The translations under genes and the position numbers were made by a program. Shown here piece after piece: positions 20,976-34,325 of a DNA stretch of 64,000 bases (positions are counted from its first letter, which is position 1; each line of letters opens with the position of its first letter). The stretch is from contig JAUZTB010000063.1 in the NCBI GenBank assembly GCA_034780895.1, positions 31,225,224 to 31,289,223 of the forward strand, given 5' to 3'. Source of the DNA: Rhynchobatus australiae (taxonomy: Eukaryota). The notes beneath the pieces are model-generated. The model ran no database searches, had not been told where the DNA came from, and was given only the letters and a program-made list of their open reading frames with translations.

Positions 20976-23900
20976 TGTGAGGTGGCTTTGCTCAGAATGC
21001 AATCTCAAGCAAACAAAAAACTAATAGCAATTATTAATTGTGTTGTTTATGTGTTCACAGAAAGCATCATAGGCAGAAAGATCTTGGTCACAAAGGCTGA
21101 AAAGAGGGAAGAAGCCACAGAGGGGTGCTCCGCATGCTGGGGTACAGCAAGCACTCTTTGCACCCCTTAAATNNNNNNNNNNNNNNNNNNNNNNNNNNNN
21201 NNNNNNNNNNNNNNNNNNNNNNNNNNNNNNNNNNNNNNNNNNNNNNNNNNNNNNNNNNNNNNNNNNNNNNNNNNNNNNNNNNNNNNNNNNNNNNNNNNNN
21301 NNNNNNNNNNNNNNNNNNNNNNNNNNNNNNNNNNNNNNNNNNNNNNNNNNNNNNNNNNNNNNNNNNNNNNNNNNNNNNNNNNNNNNNNNNNNNNNNNNNN
21401 NNNNNNNNNNNNNNNNNNNNNNNNNNNNNNNNNNNNNNNNNNNNNNNNNNNNNNCATGTGCATTAAACAGCTGATTCTGACGGAGGACTGTCTATAGGGA
21501 TTGCACATTGACGAGAGGAGAATTCACAATATCAGGATGACACCCAAAGGCCTATATAAGCTTTTAGCACAGTTCATACACCTCTTCACTGATAACATTG
21601 TTGAGCGCAAGCCTCATATTTGTATCTGACAAGGAGCCAAGCTCACTTATTATCAGTCATGGTTGGTTCCCAATGCCCTTACGCCACAGGTAGAAAGAAA
21701 ATCATAACTGAGGAGCATTTCACTTTGATTACAGATTATAAACTGCTGTTGACAATTTTTGGATGATAAAAGGCCATTCCAATGATGGTGGCTGCATGAT
21801 TGCAACATCGCACTCTACTTCTGCCACACTTACACAACTCATTTGACTTTTGTACATTGAAGTAGAATGCTGCTGTAGAAGCTCAGTCATGTTTATGTGA
21901 TGAGGTGGCAAGAGTTAATTTTCAATTACAAATTCTCAATGATGATTCTGCCCAGAGATTTTTAAGACTAGGTTTAAACACANNNNNNNNNNNNNNNNNN
22001 NNNNNNNNNNNNNNNNNNNNNNNNNNNNNNNNNNNNNNNNNNNNNNNNNNNNNNNNNNNNNNNNNNNNNNNNNNNNNNNNNNNNNNNNNNNNNNNNNNNN
22101 NNNNNNNNNNNNNNNNNNNNNNNNNNNNNNNNNNNNNNNNNNNNNNNNNNNNNNNNNNNNNNNNNNNNNNNNNNNNNNNNNNNNNNNNNNNNNNNNNNNN
22201 NNNNNNNNNNNNNNNNNNNNNNNNNNNNNNNNNNNNNNNNNNNNNNNNGCGCTAACTTTAAAGATCTGATAAAGTCCTGCATGGTTTGTCAAAACTGCAG
22301 GCCATGGCTACCCATTGAGATGCAAACAGGAGATGCCCTACTCATCTCTTTCAATATGTGGACGTCAACTTTATTTCAATAAAGAACAGAATGCCTCCTC
22401 ATCTGGTTTATAGTCACTCAGAATGGTTAGAGGAGTTGCCAGTTGGATTGTGTGGAGCAGATCATTGAGGGTCCCATTAACTGTTGTAACCCATGTCCAC
22501 CCTGAGGAAATGCTTTCCCAATATTAGTCCATAGTTCAGATCATTGCAGTTTATCACAGTCTTCCACTCCAATGGGATCTGGCACAAGTTAACATCCACA
22601 CAGCATCCAACATCTAATGGGGAGACTGAACAATTGGTTCACACGGGGAAGGAAGTAGTGAACAGACAATTGTTGAATAAGGACTCCAAGTGAATCATGA
22701 ATCATAGTTTTGGATCGTTTCATCTGTTGCAACAGATTACTCCTCGTTCTCTAGTGGAGGTACTGGTAGCTTGAGGGTTGTGGACACAGCTATATTTAAT
22801 TCAGCCTAACTTGTAGAGATGGAAGGAAGAAAAGAAGATGACCCAGAAAGGGTGCCACAAGATGTGGGTTGGGAGAGATGTCTTCAGTGGGAGATGTGAT
22901 GAGAGTAGAAACTGGTTGCCAACCCAAGCTAATGAAACCCAAATGTATGTACTTGCTTCAGATCCGATCAGCTTTGAAAAATATTTCAAGTCTTCAGGCT
23001 TGTATCATATTAGGCCTGACTAATAGACACCAGCTCTTTATAAATAAAGAATCATGCCCATGGGTTGGTGGACTACATGTTGAAAGTTGGACACACAGAC
23101 ACAAGGACTGAAGGGGCTCAGTGTAACATTGGGTGGATATTTATTGAGTTTGTGGGCAGGGCTGGGATTCTCAGTGAGAGGAGGGGAGGGGAGCAAAAGA
23201 AATTATAGGTCCTCAGGCTCCAATTGGATTTCAATTAGTCCTCAATGAGTTGGTTTCATATTGAGTTTGCATTTTTTTTTATTTGATTGGAGTGAGAGGA
23301 CTCTAGTCACCAGGTCAAAGAACTGCCAAGATTGGGCCACAGAGATTGCTAAGATATCAGAAGCCAGAAATTATATGGTGCAAATGGGTGATGGATGTGA
23401 AAGGTTTATGTAGATCAGACATTGCAATGAGCATGACATCCAAAAAGGTGTGCTCCAAGTAAATGTTCAATTGCCTTTTTGAAAGTTCCAATTAATTTGT
23501 TTTAACCATGTTCGGATAAGGATTTNNNNNNNNNNNNNNNNNNNNNNNNNNNNNNNNNNNNNNNNNNNNNNNNNNNNNNNNNNNNNNNNNNNNNNNNNNN
23601 NNNNNNNNNNNNNNNNNNNNNNNNNNNNNNNNNNNNNNNNNNNNNNNNNNNNNNNNNNCCCAAAGAGATGGCGCTGGAGAACATGAGGTACAGAAATAAG
23701 CAAGGATTTAAGCTAGAAGAGTTATTACAATGCAGAAATTGTTGGACATGAAATGGGTCAGGAGGCATATAAAGCCCATGACAAAATGGAATATGTATGC
23801 CCTGCAAGAGGAGATGATTTATTGGAATCAAGGACATCTCAAGTGGATACTTCAGAGATGCAGCTGCGTAGATTGATTTAATTCTTAAGTGACTGAATTT

Positions 23901-23993
23901 ATAAATGTACATGTGTAATTAACTTAAGAAAATGTACATTAAGTGTAGTTGGTTCAGTTGATTGTATGGGGTTATTTTCTGTTAAAGGGGAAG

Positions 23994-24180
23994 TAATTTA
24001 ATGGGTACACGCACCTTATCTTTAAGAACTGGTGTACCCACATGGTATGACTCTGATAAAATGTTGCATCCAGATATCAGCATTCAATTAAAAACTACTG
24101 CCTTAAGTAAACAATGTTTTTGTTTTCAGTCTGCTTGCTTGTGCTCGCAGCAACATAAAAGAAATCCACAGATACTATGA
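23994..24180 (+). repeat. 3' LTR of the Gypsy element, preceded by a polypurine tract
   Basis: aaaggggaag at 23984-23993, then ctttaagaactggtgtaccc..ctgataaaatgttgcatcc..ctactgccttaagtaaacaatgtt..cagcaacataaaaga, homologous to the 5' LTR. Confidence 0.65.
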
Positions 24181-24719
24181 CCACTATATCCTTAATACTA
24201 CAAATGCAGCCTAAGGAACTAGGTACTGCAATTGGCTGAGACAGCTGTCACAGACATTTGGCCTATGTTAATTTTTTTTATATACAGCTCTGTAATTAAT
24301 ACAGGCTTCCTGAGGTTGCAACGATGGCTGAAGATGGCATTTAATATTGCTTTCTACCATGGACATGTTATAATGTGACTTTTGGCACAAAATGTTATTG
24401 AAACTGCCAATTTCAATCCATTGCCCAGGAGAAATTTCTAAGGATTGTTTTTTTTTGTGTGTCAAATGATAAAAAATGTATAGTGCAGATGCTGATGGAA
24501 TACAAGCACTTTTACTGAGAGGAAAAAGCCATTTATCACATATTTAATTTCTCAACCCCTTTTTCAAAACACAAGCCTTTTGCACATACTATTTAAGGTA
24601 TTTGCAAACAATGCTGGTCAAGGACTAAAGATTTAAGTGAATGTTTTCTTTTCTGCTAGAAGTTGCACGACTTTGAGTTGGAGTGATTACCACTGCCTGG
24701 CAGCCAAATCATTGAATCT

Positions 24720-25220
24720 GCCATCAATGAGGTGCCAGTTGGGCCCACCAAGCCAGTGTTGTCTTTTTGATGGATCTTTCCAATTTAGTCCAGCACCCCA
24801 GCCTTTTCCCCATGGTCTTACAAGTTAGCATGCTTCAAGTAAACATTCAATTGCATTTTTGATTGCTCCAAAGAATGTGCTTTAGCCACATTCAGATATG
24901 GTGTTCAGATCTCAGCAATTCTCTTAAACTATTTCTTTTCACTTTTCCTCCAGTTCTTTTGCTAATTAATTTACACCTGGGATCTTTGATTATCTATCCA
25001 CTTGCCAGAGGAAACAGTCTGTCCATATTTTGAATATCTTTGTTAGATCACAGAAGGTTAAGGGGAATCCTAAGGAAAACAATTCTTTTTTGTTTAATTT
25101 TCCTTCCTCTTAACTGGTATCATCCTGGTAAATCTCCTCAGTATGCACTTCAAGGCTTTGATTTTTTTCCAAAGAAATTCATCTCCAGTTTATGTCTACT
25201 ACATGATAGTTTACAAGCTG
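24720..25220 (-). mobile_element. Old CR1 3' remnant
   Basis: tccaatttagtccagcaccccagccttttcccca, catcctggtaaatctcctcagtatgcacttcaaggc resemble reverse-complemented CR1 3' sequence. Confidence 0.5.
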
Positions 25221-25249
25221 TTATCTAACTGATGGGTACAAAACCGACC

Positions 25250-26350
25250 CAACTTGTTCAGCCTGATTTCAAGCAAGCTGTGTCATTGGCCCAACAAGTA
25301 TCTCCATCTTTTTCACTGTAATGCTAACCCTAACTTCCAAGTGGTTTCCCCACTGGAGTGGAACAAATCCACAGGACCAAAGGGAAAGCATTCAACCTTT
25401 GTTGCCTCCACTTCACTTGTTACCCTAACTTCAGTCATCAAATTGCAGCTGGCAAATGACTTTTGCAAATACATACATTCTGAGGCCAAGTTTTAAATTA
25501 TCAACTTGTCCACTGAAGCACACAAGAGAAAGGGCCTTATACTTGACATCTGAAAAACAAAGGTCCTTTGCCAAACTATCCCCACTGTAAACACTTCCCA
25601 TGTGTCAGGGGCTACTTCTCAACAAAGGCAGACATTGATGATGATGTTCACCATCTTTTTCAGTACATCTTCATGACCTTTCACAGTCGAAGGAAAAGAA
25701 TATCTCAAGATTGCAGCCCTAAACCCAGCAAAAAACTCCTGGTCACCGAGCTGCAGATATCCCTATGCTCAGCATGCATTTAAGATACGGACTATCTACA
25801 GCGGGTACAATATATTAGAGAGATAGCAGCAATATTGTCTCTGCAAAATCCTCAAAATCCACTGGCTCGAAGAGGAAAGCATTATCAGAGTTGTCTCTCA
25901 GGCCAACATCCCCAGCACTGAAGGTTTCATTCCACCCAGTTGGCTCAGTTGCGGAGCTTGCATCATTTGCATGGCTAACTGTAGACTCCCAAATCAAACA
26001 CCACATTCGGAATTCTGACATGACAGTACTGAGGTGCAGAGGAAAAGATTCAGTGTGTTCCTAAAGCTTCTCTGAGAAAATGTAACCGTTCCACCAACTC
26101 GCAGTGATCTATGGCCCATGGCTACTCAAAATGAAGAAGGATCTTTTACATTAGAGATTCACTGGGAGCACATGATGTAAATAGTGGAAGGAGCAGATCA
26201 TGTCCCGAACTGCCCAGTCATCCACTCCATCAAGCACCTGCTTTCCCACCTCTGGCAGGTTTGTCAAGTCCCACCTTGATTCGCATCCTAAAAATCCACA
26301 AAACTGCAGGGATACAAGTCATCCTTGACCCCAAGGGATTGCTTAAGCAG
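25250..26350 (+). mobile_element. RTE-clade LINE, decayed RT C-terminal half and 3' end
   Basis: TSVIKLQLANDFC..HSEAKF (cf. ELQYADD..HSEAEL), HFPCVRGYFSTKADIDDDVHH, ILKIHW..SQANIPSTE, RLPNQ; 3' end caagtcatccttgaccccaagggattgcttaag. Confidence 0.8.
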
Positions 26351-28479
26351 AAAAAGGATACTATAAAAATTTTAGCCATAAGCCAGCATGTTATTGGAGG
26401 ATCTGATACTGTTGAGGAACAAATTTGTTAAATATTTGAACATTTGCACTTCTTTTTAATTACCTAAACCAAGCACGTAGAATCATAAATATCATTATGG
26501 TAATTACATTTTTAATATATCTGCCTCAAAAGACTGGGGACTGAACAACAATTAAAAGTGTTGCTAATCACAGCAATGCAGTTTGAACATCTGCAGTTTA
26601 TAGAATTTCCTAACATCCAATTCTTGCATCAATATCTGTAGAAAGATAAGTCTCCTCATTCTATCAATTTAATATTTGAAATTCACACATTAGATATTAG
26701 TTATCTTTCACTTAATCACTATTCAGAATTTGAACAGATTNNNNNNNNNNNNNNNNNNNNNNNNNNNNNNNNNNNNNNNNNNNNNTTATAGCTGTTAGTT
26801 TTTTGTGTCCAGAGGTTACAGAATGAACCAGACTAGTTGCTCTTTTCTAAAAAAAAGACCTTCAACTTCAGCCAACATGACTCTTGACACATATCCCAGC
26901 CATATCATTAAATACAGGAAAACTTAAAGATTCTACAGGACAAGGTGAATTATTGGACATGTTTCGTTTACCAGTTGAAGTGAATACTTTATTCATCCTC
27001 TAATCAAAATTCCTTCCAAAACTGGTGTTCTGGATTTTGTCTTGCAACTTTTCTGTAACACACCTCTTCCCTAAATTAAATGCGTTTCAGGATTTACTTA
27101 ATATCGCATACCTCAAATTAACAGTGAACCATAAGGTTTTTCAAATAATTTATCAGCAAGTCAATGTTTATTTTTCAGCATACATAGCATTTCTTCCATG
27201 AAGGGAATGCCATTCTATGATTGCACCAATCCATAACGTCACAAAAGGAATTACATATCAATTATCAGTTCTGAAAATAGGAAAATTGATAGGCAGATGA
27301 GGTCACATTGCCCCATTTTTACCTGGAGCCAAGCCTTTTGTATTTTTGTCATGTGATTTTTGACAATAAAAATATGAAGAAGGAAAGTAACTTAAAAATG
27401 CATTTGTGTGGTATTTTTAATCAGTATCTAATAGCCAATATATCAGGCAAGCCCATACATTTTACAAAGCAGACTTGCCCTGGTACTAAAATATAACTTT
27501 CAAATCTCACCCAATAACAAGAGCAATTGTTTTTGTACTAGAAGTGGTGCATGCACATAATAATGGTTGGTTCAATACTATTTGAGGATGGCTAGAAAAA
27601 AAAAATGAGAGAATGGAATTTTAAAGTCAATGATTCCATTAATGTATTTTTAATTCAATTATTGTTTTGATTTTTATTTATGGAAATGATCCTCAGTGCG
27701 ATGCATAATGCAACCTAGAATATGGCAGATAAAATGTTGTAAGAAATTATGAGAAATATGGGAAATAATTCACATGGGTTGAAAGCAAGACTCCAAATGC
27801 ATTTGCATAGGCTCATTTTAATGGTTAAGGTTTGTTTTCTGAATAATAACTGAAAAATTGAAATACACTTTTTTCACCTCAATCTGCACATTCAAAACAT
27901 CTACTTGTATAATGTAGTATCTAAGGTACCTCTGTTAGGCTTCTTGTAATGGCTTTTGGGTATCATTGAGGGCAGTGATGAACTGCAATAAATTTTAGAT
28001 GATGCAAGATGTGAAGGAATTGAACTAATTCTGTATAAATTATTTAATGAGTGTGGACCACAACTTTACTGCAGAAAATTACTAACAGGCATTGATTAGG
28101 ATATTTGTTCAAATAGGTGAAATTTTTACTAATGTACAAGGAATGATCTAGCAATATAGAGTAGCAAAAAGTTATAAAGTTTGAACTGACCCACTATTCA
28201 TTGAGGGAACAATTAATTTTAGTTACTGCTAGACCACTGGGATGTGATTTTGGAAATAACTGCTATACATAGCCCCAGATATTTCTGAGAAATGCTTCTA
28301 ATTCCACACTTGAAGGTTTGATATAAATTGATTTAGAGGAAACCACATCTCCTTTAACATGGAAACAGTATGTAACCAGTACCAAAGGACCTTGCTGGCC
28401 AAAGCAATGCATTTTAGAAGCTCACATGACTCCTTCATTCTGAGGCAGCTCACTGTGCTAATTTTATTCCAGCCACAAC

Positions 28480-29040
28480 ATTGGACAGATGGGACAAGAG
28501 CTTTTTACTAACAGGTCCTGGAAAGTGCTGGAGTGTGCAACTAAAATACAAGACAGAAAGCCATGAGGAAAGTGTTTCTTCCCAAGATTCCAACCATCAC
28601 AAAAGGTAGCCTTTAATCAATTCAATTCACTCCATGTGGCATCAAGAAATGGTTGAGAGCACTGAATAAAGACAGTGGGACCAGACAATTTCCCTTCTGT
28701 AACATTAGAGTATGCCTTTAGCTGTATAAATGCAGTTACAACACTGGCCTCTACCTAACAATCTGGAAAACTGCCAAGGTTTTCAAACAATCAGGATATA
28801 TTCAAATTACCACTTAGTCTACTCTTAATTATCACCAAGAAGTGAAGGTATAGTCAATACTGCTTCCAAATAGTAATAACTTACCAAGAACCTACTCATT
28901 AATGTCCAGTTTGGTTTAGCTAGGACCACTTGATTCCAGACCTCATCATAGCCTTGTTCTAAATGTGAACCAAAAAGCAGAATTCCAGAGGTGAGAGTGA
29001 TTGGTTTTGACACCAAGGGAATGCTATTGATCACTTCCAT
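28480..29040 (+). mobile_element. CR1/Zenon-like LINE RT N-terminal fragment
   Basis: IQFTPCGIKKWLRAL, GPDNFPSV, SYNTGLYLTIWKTAKV, QFGLARTT. Confidence 0.55.
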
Positions 29041-29549
29041 CATCTCTTACTCAGAACTCTGTGCGACTGTTCCATTTCACATTTAGTAGCATAGAAATTC
29101 AACTGTAATGTGAGTTTTATATGTTTGGTGGAGTTAAGTTGTAACATAAATTGGTAATGAAATGCAATAGAGACTTTATAGCACATGTTATACTTCAACT
29201 TTGGATTGCAAAATTCCTTGTATACGCACACATATGTACAAGGATACAGACTATCTCAATCATCAATTATTATGTAAAGCACACTTAATATCACACTTAA
29301 AACCTTGGACCACTTGGTCTTCTCTCTAGTTGTCCATATTTACCACCATGGTCTCCCAATCATCATCTGCAAAATCAGAGTATATGCCTATGTCCATTTT
29401 GACACTGTCTCAATCACTTCACCCAAGATCTCCAGAGACATGCAGCACAACAGTATTTGTACACTGCTTCCTTGAGGAAATCCAGCAATAATATCACCAC
29501 GCACAGTCATGGGGCTAACTCCTGCAAAACTTTCTCTAGTTTATATTTA

Positions 29550-29960
29550 CTGGGGCAAAGCAAACTACTGGAGGAACTTAGCGGGTGAGACAGCATTTGT
29601 GGAGCCAGAGGTATAATTGACATCTTGGGCTGAGAATGAATGATCTCTTTGAGAAATACTCTTATTCTGAGAAAGGCAGATAGGATAGATAATGGGAGGC
29701 TGTCCCCCCAGCGAGAGAATTTGGAGTGATGGTGCATATTCAGAGGATAAGGGGTTTTTAGGAGGCAAGGAGACATATGTTTACATGGTGTGTGGTAAAC
29801 TTCTGATACTCAGTGGTTGAGTGGATTGACTCAGGTTTCAATATAGTTTTGGACACTCAGGGAGTTGGAGAAAACATGGATTGGACAGAAAAGTGAATGA
29901 GACACAGGATCTTATTGAACAGTGGAACAGGCTGGAGTGCTACTCCTACTTCCAATAGCA
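29550..29960. mobile_element. PLE terminal-repeat fragment (29550-29630) followed by a decayed plus-strand CR1 3' end
   Basis: ctactggaggaacttagcgggtgagacagcatttgtggag matches the PLE terminus at 39085-39130; then CR1-like gtgtggtaaac..ttattgaacagtggaacaggctggag..tactcctacttcc. Confidence 0.5.
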
Positions 29961-32900
29961 TTGAAATAAACTAGCACAGGCCCCGTGGTCAATGAATTTC
30001 TAGGCCAGGTCCTTTTTCATAACCTGCTTCCATTGTGATTATTTTAAATTTGTGCACATTAAATTGTACATGACACCTATTTGCACAGTTGCCTAACAGC
30101 CAAAATTACATAGAATCAGATTGCACTGGTCTCATGATTCCCACTCTCTTCTATTTGTGCAATATTTGAAAATCTGACTATTTCTAACCCTTTATCTGAA
30201 TTACTCTGCCTCAGGAAAGGCTCTTGTGGACTTCAACTAGGTAAAGGAATTTGGTGTTATTACATCATACTATTGTTTCATCCACCAACCTTTGAGTAGA
30301 TGAGATTTTTTCATGCCGATGTATTTTTTAAAAATATTAATACTTTATCATTTCATTACTAATTAATCATTATAATTACATAAGTTTCAAAAAGTGAATA
30401 ATATTCATCACATCAGTATGCAGATAAGACTGTATGAGCCAATTTTTGTCATGATTTTGGTTGTGACCTTGGCCCAGAAATACCTTTTTACAGTGAGCTC
30501 GAGGAGGGAACTTCGTACAAAACTAACAGGCAATTTAGTAATTTCAGTTCTGTTCCTCCATACAAATGAAACACAGAAGCAACTGGGCATTAGCAGCGAC
30601 GCCAGAGAGCATACAACACTGTTTTTGATTTCATTTCTACAAAACTGCACTGCACAAACAGGGCTCACAAATAGATCTTGCACATTAAAGCAGATCTTAA
30701 CCAGAAGGTTGAAGTCTGTTTCAGTGTTAAGAGTCTGACATTAGGCCACTTGTGAGGTATTCCTTTAAGTTTTTTTTTGCTATGGTACTCAGGTTCCCAA
30801 TCATCTTCTAAATTGATGTTCTGTGCACCACACCCCACAAAAATCTTCTTGACTCTCCTGAAACTGCTTTTCTCTCTATCCCTCTGTGATCCTCACTGAC
30901 TCAACCTTCCCTTGCCCTCCACCACAACCCCAATCCAGTGCCCAAGTTCACTTTCTCTTCTACTCTCTGCAGCGATGGGGAAATGGCAGAGGAAAAGGCC
31001 TTCGTGCAAGGTTCTATGTGTCAGTATCATGCTGCCTGGGACGTCTCACAAAAATAGCATGAGCACCCTATGCAATGCCACTTTAAAATAGTACACCACA
31101 ATTTTTAGGCACCAAGCTTTTCAAGCCTGTTTTTCATGACCTATGAAAATATAATTAAAGTTTTCTTCCACAACTGCGAGCTCTGTGATACAGTCACTGC
31201 AATGAGGCACTTAAAAGGGGATATAAATAATGAGACATCTTACTACTTCAGACAGAACACTGCAGTTGATTGATCTCCCACTACACGTTCTCTTACAAAG
31301 GACTATACATTCCTGCTGGCAAGCTTGGCCTACTCAGATAATAAGTGTGTGGCTGGGATATCTGATGGGGAATCCCTTTTGCAAAATTCACATCCAATTT
31401 ACACAGCATATGATCATCCAGTGATCTCTTTAACCAGGCCTAATAATGCTGTCATACAAATGTGCAAAAACTTTATTTTAAAATTATAATTCATTTAAAT
31501 GCATGTGAACAGAGCATGGTGTGATTTCCCATCAGTTTAGGACAGATCATGCTGTGCAGTCTGCTCATCCATCTGGATGGGATGCAAATGAAAGCTGTAC
31601 TTGTGACTAAGCTCTTAAAGGAGCAGAACAAGATTTCTATAATTGTTTAACTTTGATTTCAGCACGTTTTTGCTGGGTTTTGTTACGTTATTTTTGCTAT
31701 TTTTATTCCATATTTTCTTCAATGTATTTTTAGAATGTCATTTTGCCATGACAACAGACAGGAAATTTGTATGTGAAAACAAAAAGAGCAAAATATCACC
31801 ACAAAGTCAATTAATTGAAACTTTTACATAATTTTAAACACCAAAAAAACACTGAAAAATGCCAGATATATAAATTAGAATGGGCACGAGGGTAGAGTTT
31901 TAGTCACGTCTTGCAGTATCAATTTGCCTTGGAGATTTGGGATAATCGAGCCACTTCTTAGGTTCTGTGGTGGTCACCAAACTAAATTAATGTTACTAAT
32001 TGGAATTTAAGAGAACCCAATTATAGCATTGCATAATTGACTTGAAACAGGAGGAAAGGAATTTAAATCAAGGAGATTAACCACTGCAAGAGATATTCTG
32101 CCTACAATCAACCACATCTGTAGCTCCAGCACAGCAAATTGCCAATGACAGAAGACAATTGTTTGTGTGGTGTAAAGGTTGGCAAGAAATTAGCTACAAA
32201 GCTGGGCCATCTACAGCAACTAGACATGTAGTCAACTGGCATTATTATATGGTGTTTCAATGATAGTTCAAAACAGCTCCACATTCCCTTCTCCCCAGCT
32301 CTCAGTCAGGTTAGCTTCAGTGCCAGTTACAGACATTTCATTTAGCCCTTCAATCTCTTTTTTCTATGACTTTCTAATCTTCAATTTTATTCTTCAGTTT
32401 TTCCACTGTGTTGGAGTCAAGACTAATCCACACACTGGCACATTCAACTATAGGAATGTTAAAAATGAAAATTACTATTAAGAACTTNNNNNNNNNNNNN
32501 NNNNNNNNNNNNNNNNNNNNNNNNNNNNNNNNNNNNNNNNNNNNNNNNNNNNNNNNNNNNNNNNNNNNNNNNNNNNNNNNNNNNNNNAAATTTTCCTCTC
32601 TCCAATAACTTTCAGGTCTTTAAGATCTAATCATGATGCGATTACTTTCTGATTTAACTGGCTGCCTTCTTTTGTCTTTGATTTCTTGCACTATGGACTT
32701 CAGTCCTTTGCCCGAGATTCTGAATAGTAAAACAAATATTGTAAAACCATATGCCAAAGCAGCAACACACCCAAATAAAACCTAATTCATTGACATCCTA
32801 CACAATCTTTCATTCTGAAAGTTTGTTTCACAAGACATGTAAATAATCTGCATAATTATGAAAGTATACCAATACTGTATTACATTCCCAATTAGGAAAA

Positions 32901-34244
32901 GTACAAAAACAGTTTGTATGCTGATCAGAAAACATTACTTATTAATATTCTAGCTGGACAGTTTTAGAGAATCTTTACTATTAGTTATCATTAGAAATCA
33001 ATCGTATTTGATTTCCAAACTTCATTCAATAATTCTAATAAAATTTTACTAAAGTAAAATTTAATTCATAGTTATTCAGTTAAGGTAAAAGTAAATGACA
33101 AAAAAAACTTAAGTGGGAGCAAGAACAGTTAAAGTTAATCCTCATGTTTTATCCTGCAAAGTTAATTATATAAATCATCCATATGAAGAGGGAGAAAAAT
33201 CTCCGCTCTCTTTCAACAACAAATTAATGTGAAATGATACCCAGATTTCTTCAATCCTGTTAGTACTGAATGCATACCCAAGGCACAAAACTGCTTAAAT
33301 TCAGTACAAATCTTATCTGATCAATATTAATCATGAACACCAGAAGTTTATTCATGCTAAGAAATTTAAGGCCACATTGCATATACTGTGGTAATTTTAC
33401 AACTTCNNNNNNNNNNNNNNNNNNNNNNNNNNNNNNNNNNNNNNNNNNNNNNNNNNNNNNNNNNNNNNNNNNNNNNNNNNNNNNNNNNNNNNNNNNNNNN
33501 NNNNNNNNNNNNNNNNNNNNNNNNNNNNNNNNNNNNNNNNNNNNNNNNNNNNNNNNNNNNNNNNNNNNNNNNNNNNNNNNNNNNNNNNNNNNNNNNNNNN
33601 NNNNNNNNNNNNNNNNNNNNNNNNNNNNNNNNNNNNNNNNNNNNNNNNNNNNNNNNNNNNNNNNNNNNNNNNNNNNNNNNNNNNNNNNNNNNNNNNNNNN
33701 NNNNNNNNNNNNNNNNNNNNNNNNNNNNNNNNNNNNNNNNNNNNNNNNNNNNNNNNNNNNNNNNNNNNNNNNNNNNNNNNNNNNNNNNNNNNNNNNNNNN
33801 NNNNGAGCATTTCCAGCATTTTCTGTTCTTAAATAAGAATCAGTAGCATGGGTTAGTTGATCCTCAGGGTTACTCTTGCTTAGAATCTGTAGTGCATTGT
33901 TACGTTACTCTGATTGCTTCATCTTCTGGATTAGACATAGAACTCAAGACCGATATGTCTCTTCAGGTAGACAGAACAATCCTACTGTAATTTTAAGAGG
34001 GACATAACTACTCCAATAAACTATACAACCAGAATAATGGTAGCTCCAGTAATCCATCTGAATCATTGGGTGTTAGATATCCATGCTGTGTTATCCAAGT
34101 GGCTGCATTGAAGATGGGATAAGAAACTGTATACATGGAAACTATCTTTTATGATGTAGGAGTTAGGAAAGTTTGAAACAAATACATGTTTTCTTAATTT
34201 CAGCTGTGCAACACATGACACAACAATAGTAAGACAAAATGCCA

Positions 34245-34325
34245 TTAAGCTGAAACATTTATTGTTTTCTCTCCACAGATACTGCACATCCTGCTGAGCA
34301 TCTTCAGCATTTGCTGTCTTTATTC
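34245..34325 (+). repeat. Short PLE-terminus-derived repeat
   Basis: ctgaaacatttattgttttctctccacagatactgc..cctgctgagcatcttcagcatttgctgtc, homologous to 5090-5150 and 40125-40190. Confidence 0.6.

Larger units (their letters stand above)
20025..24180 (+). mobile_element. Ty3/Gypsy LTR retrotransposon, decayed, RT core deleted
   Basis: gag: VLKAND, EILYKDIVQTMKGHFS, NQELEEN, ERLVCSLADEKI (20340-20700); RT start QGAKLTYYQSWLVPNALTPQVE (21630-21700); RNase H HFTLITDYKLLLTIFG**KAIPMMVAA*LQ (21716-21805); integrase DLIKSCMVCQ, PTHLFQYVDVNF..VYSHSEWLE, SNGIWHKLTSTQHPTSNGETEQLVHTGK (22260-22650); paired LTRs, PBS-like and PPT-like sites. Confidence 0.85.

Noticed and set aside
30394-30738. Overlapping 114-aa (+) and 91-aa (-) ORFs
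   Set aside because: No recognisable motif, no strong splice-site pair; within chance expectation for 64 kb.
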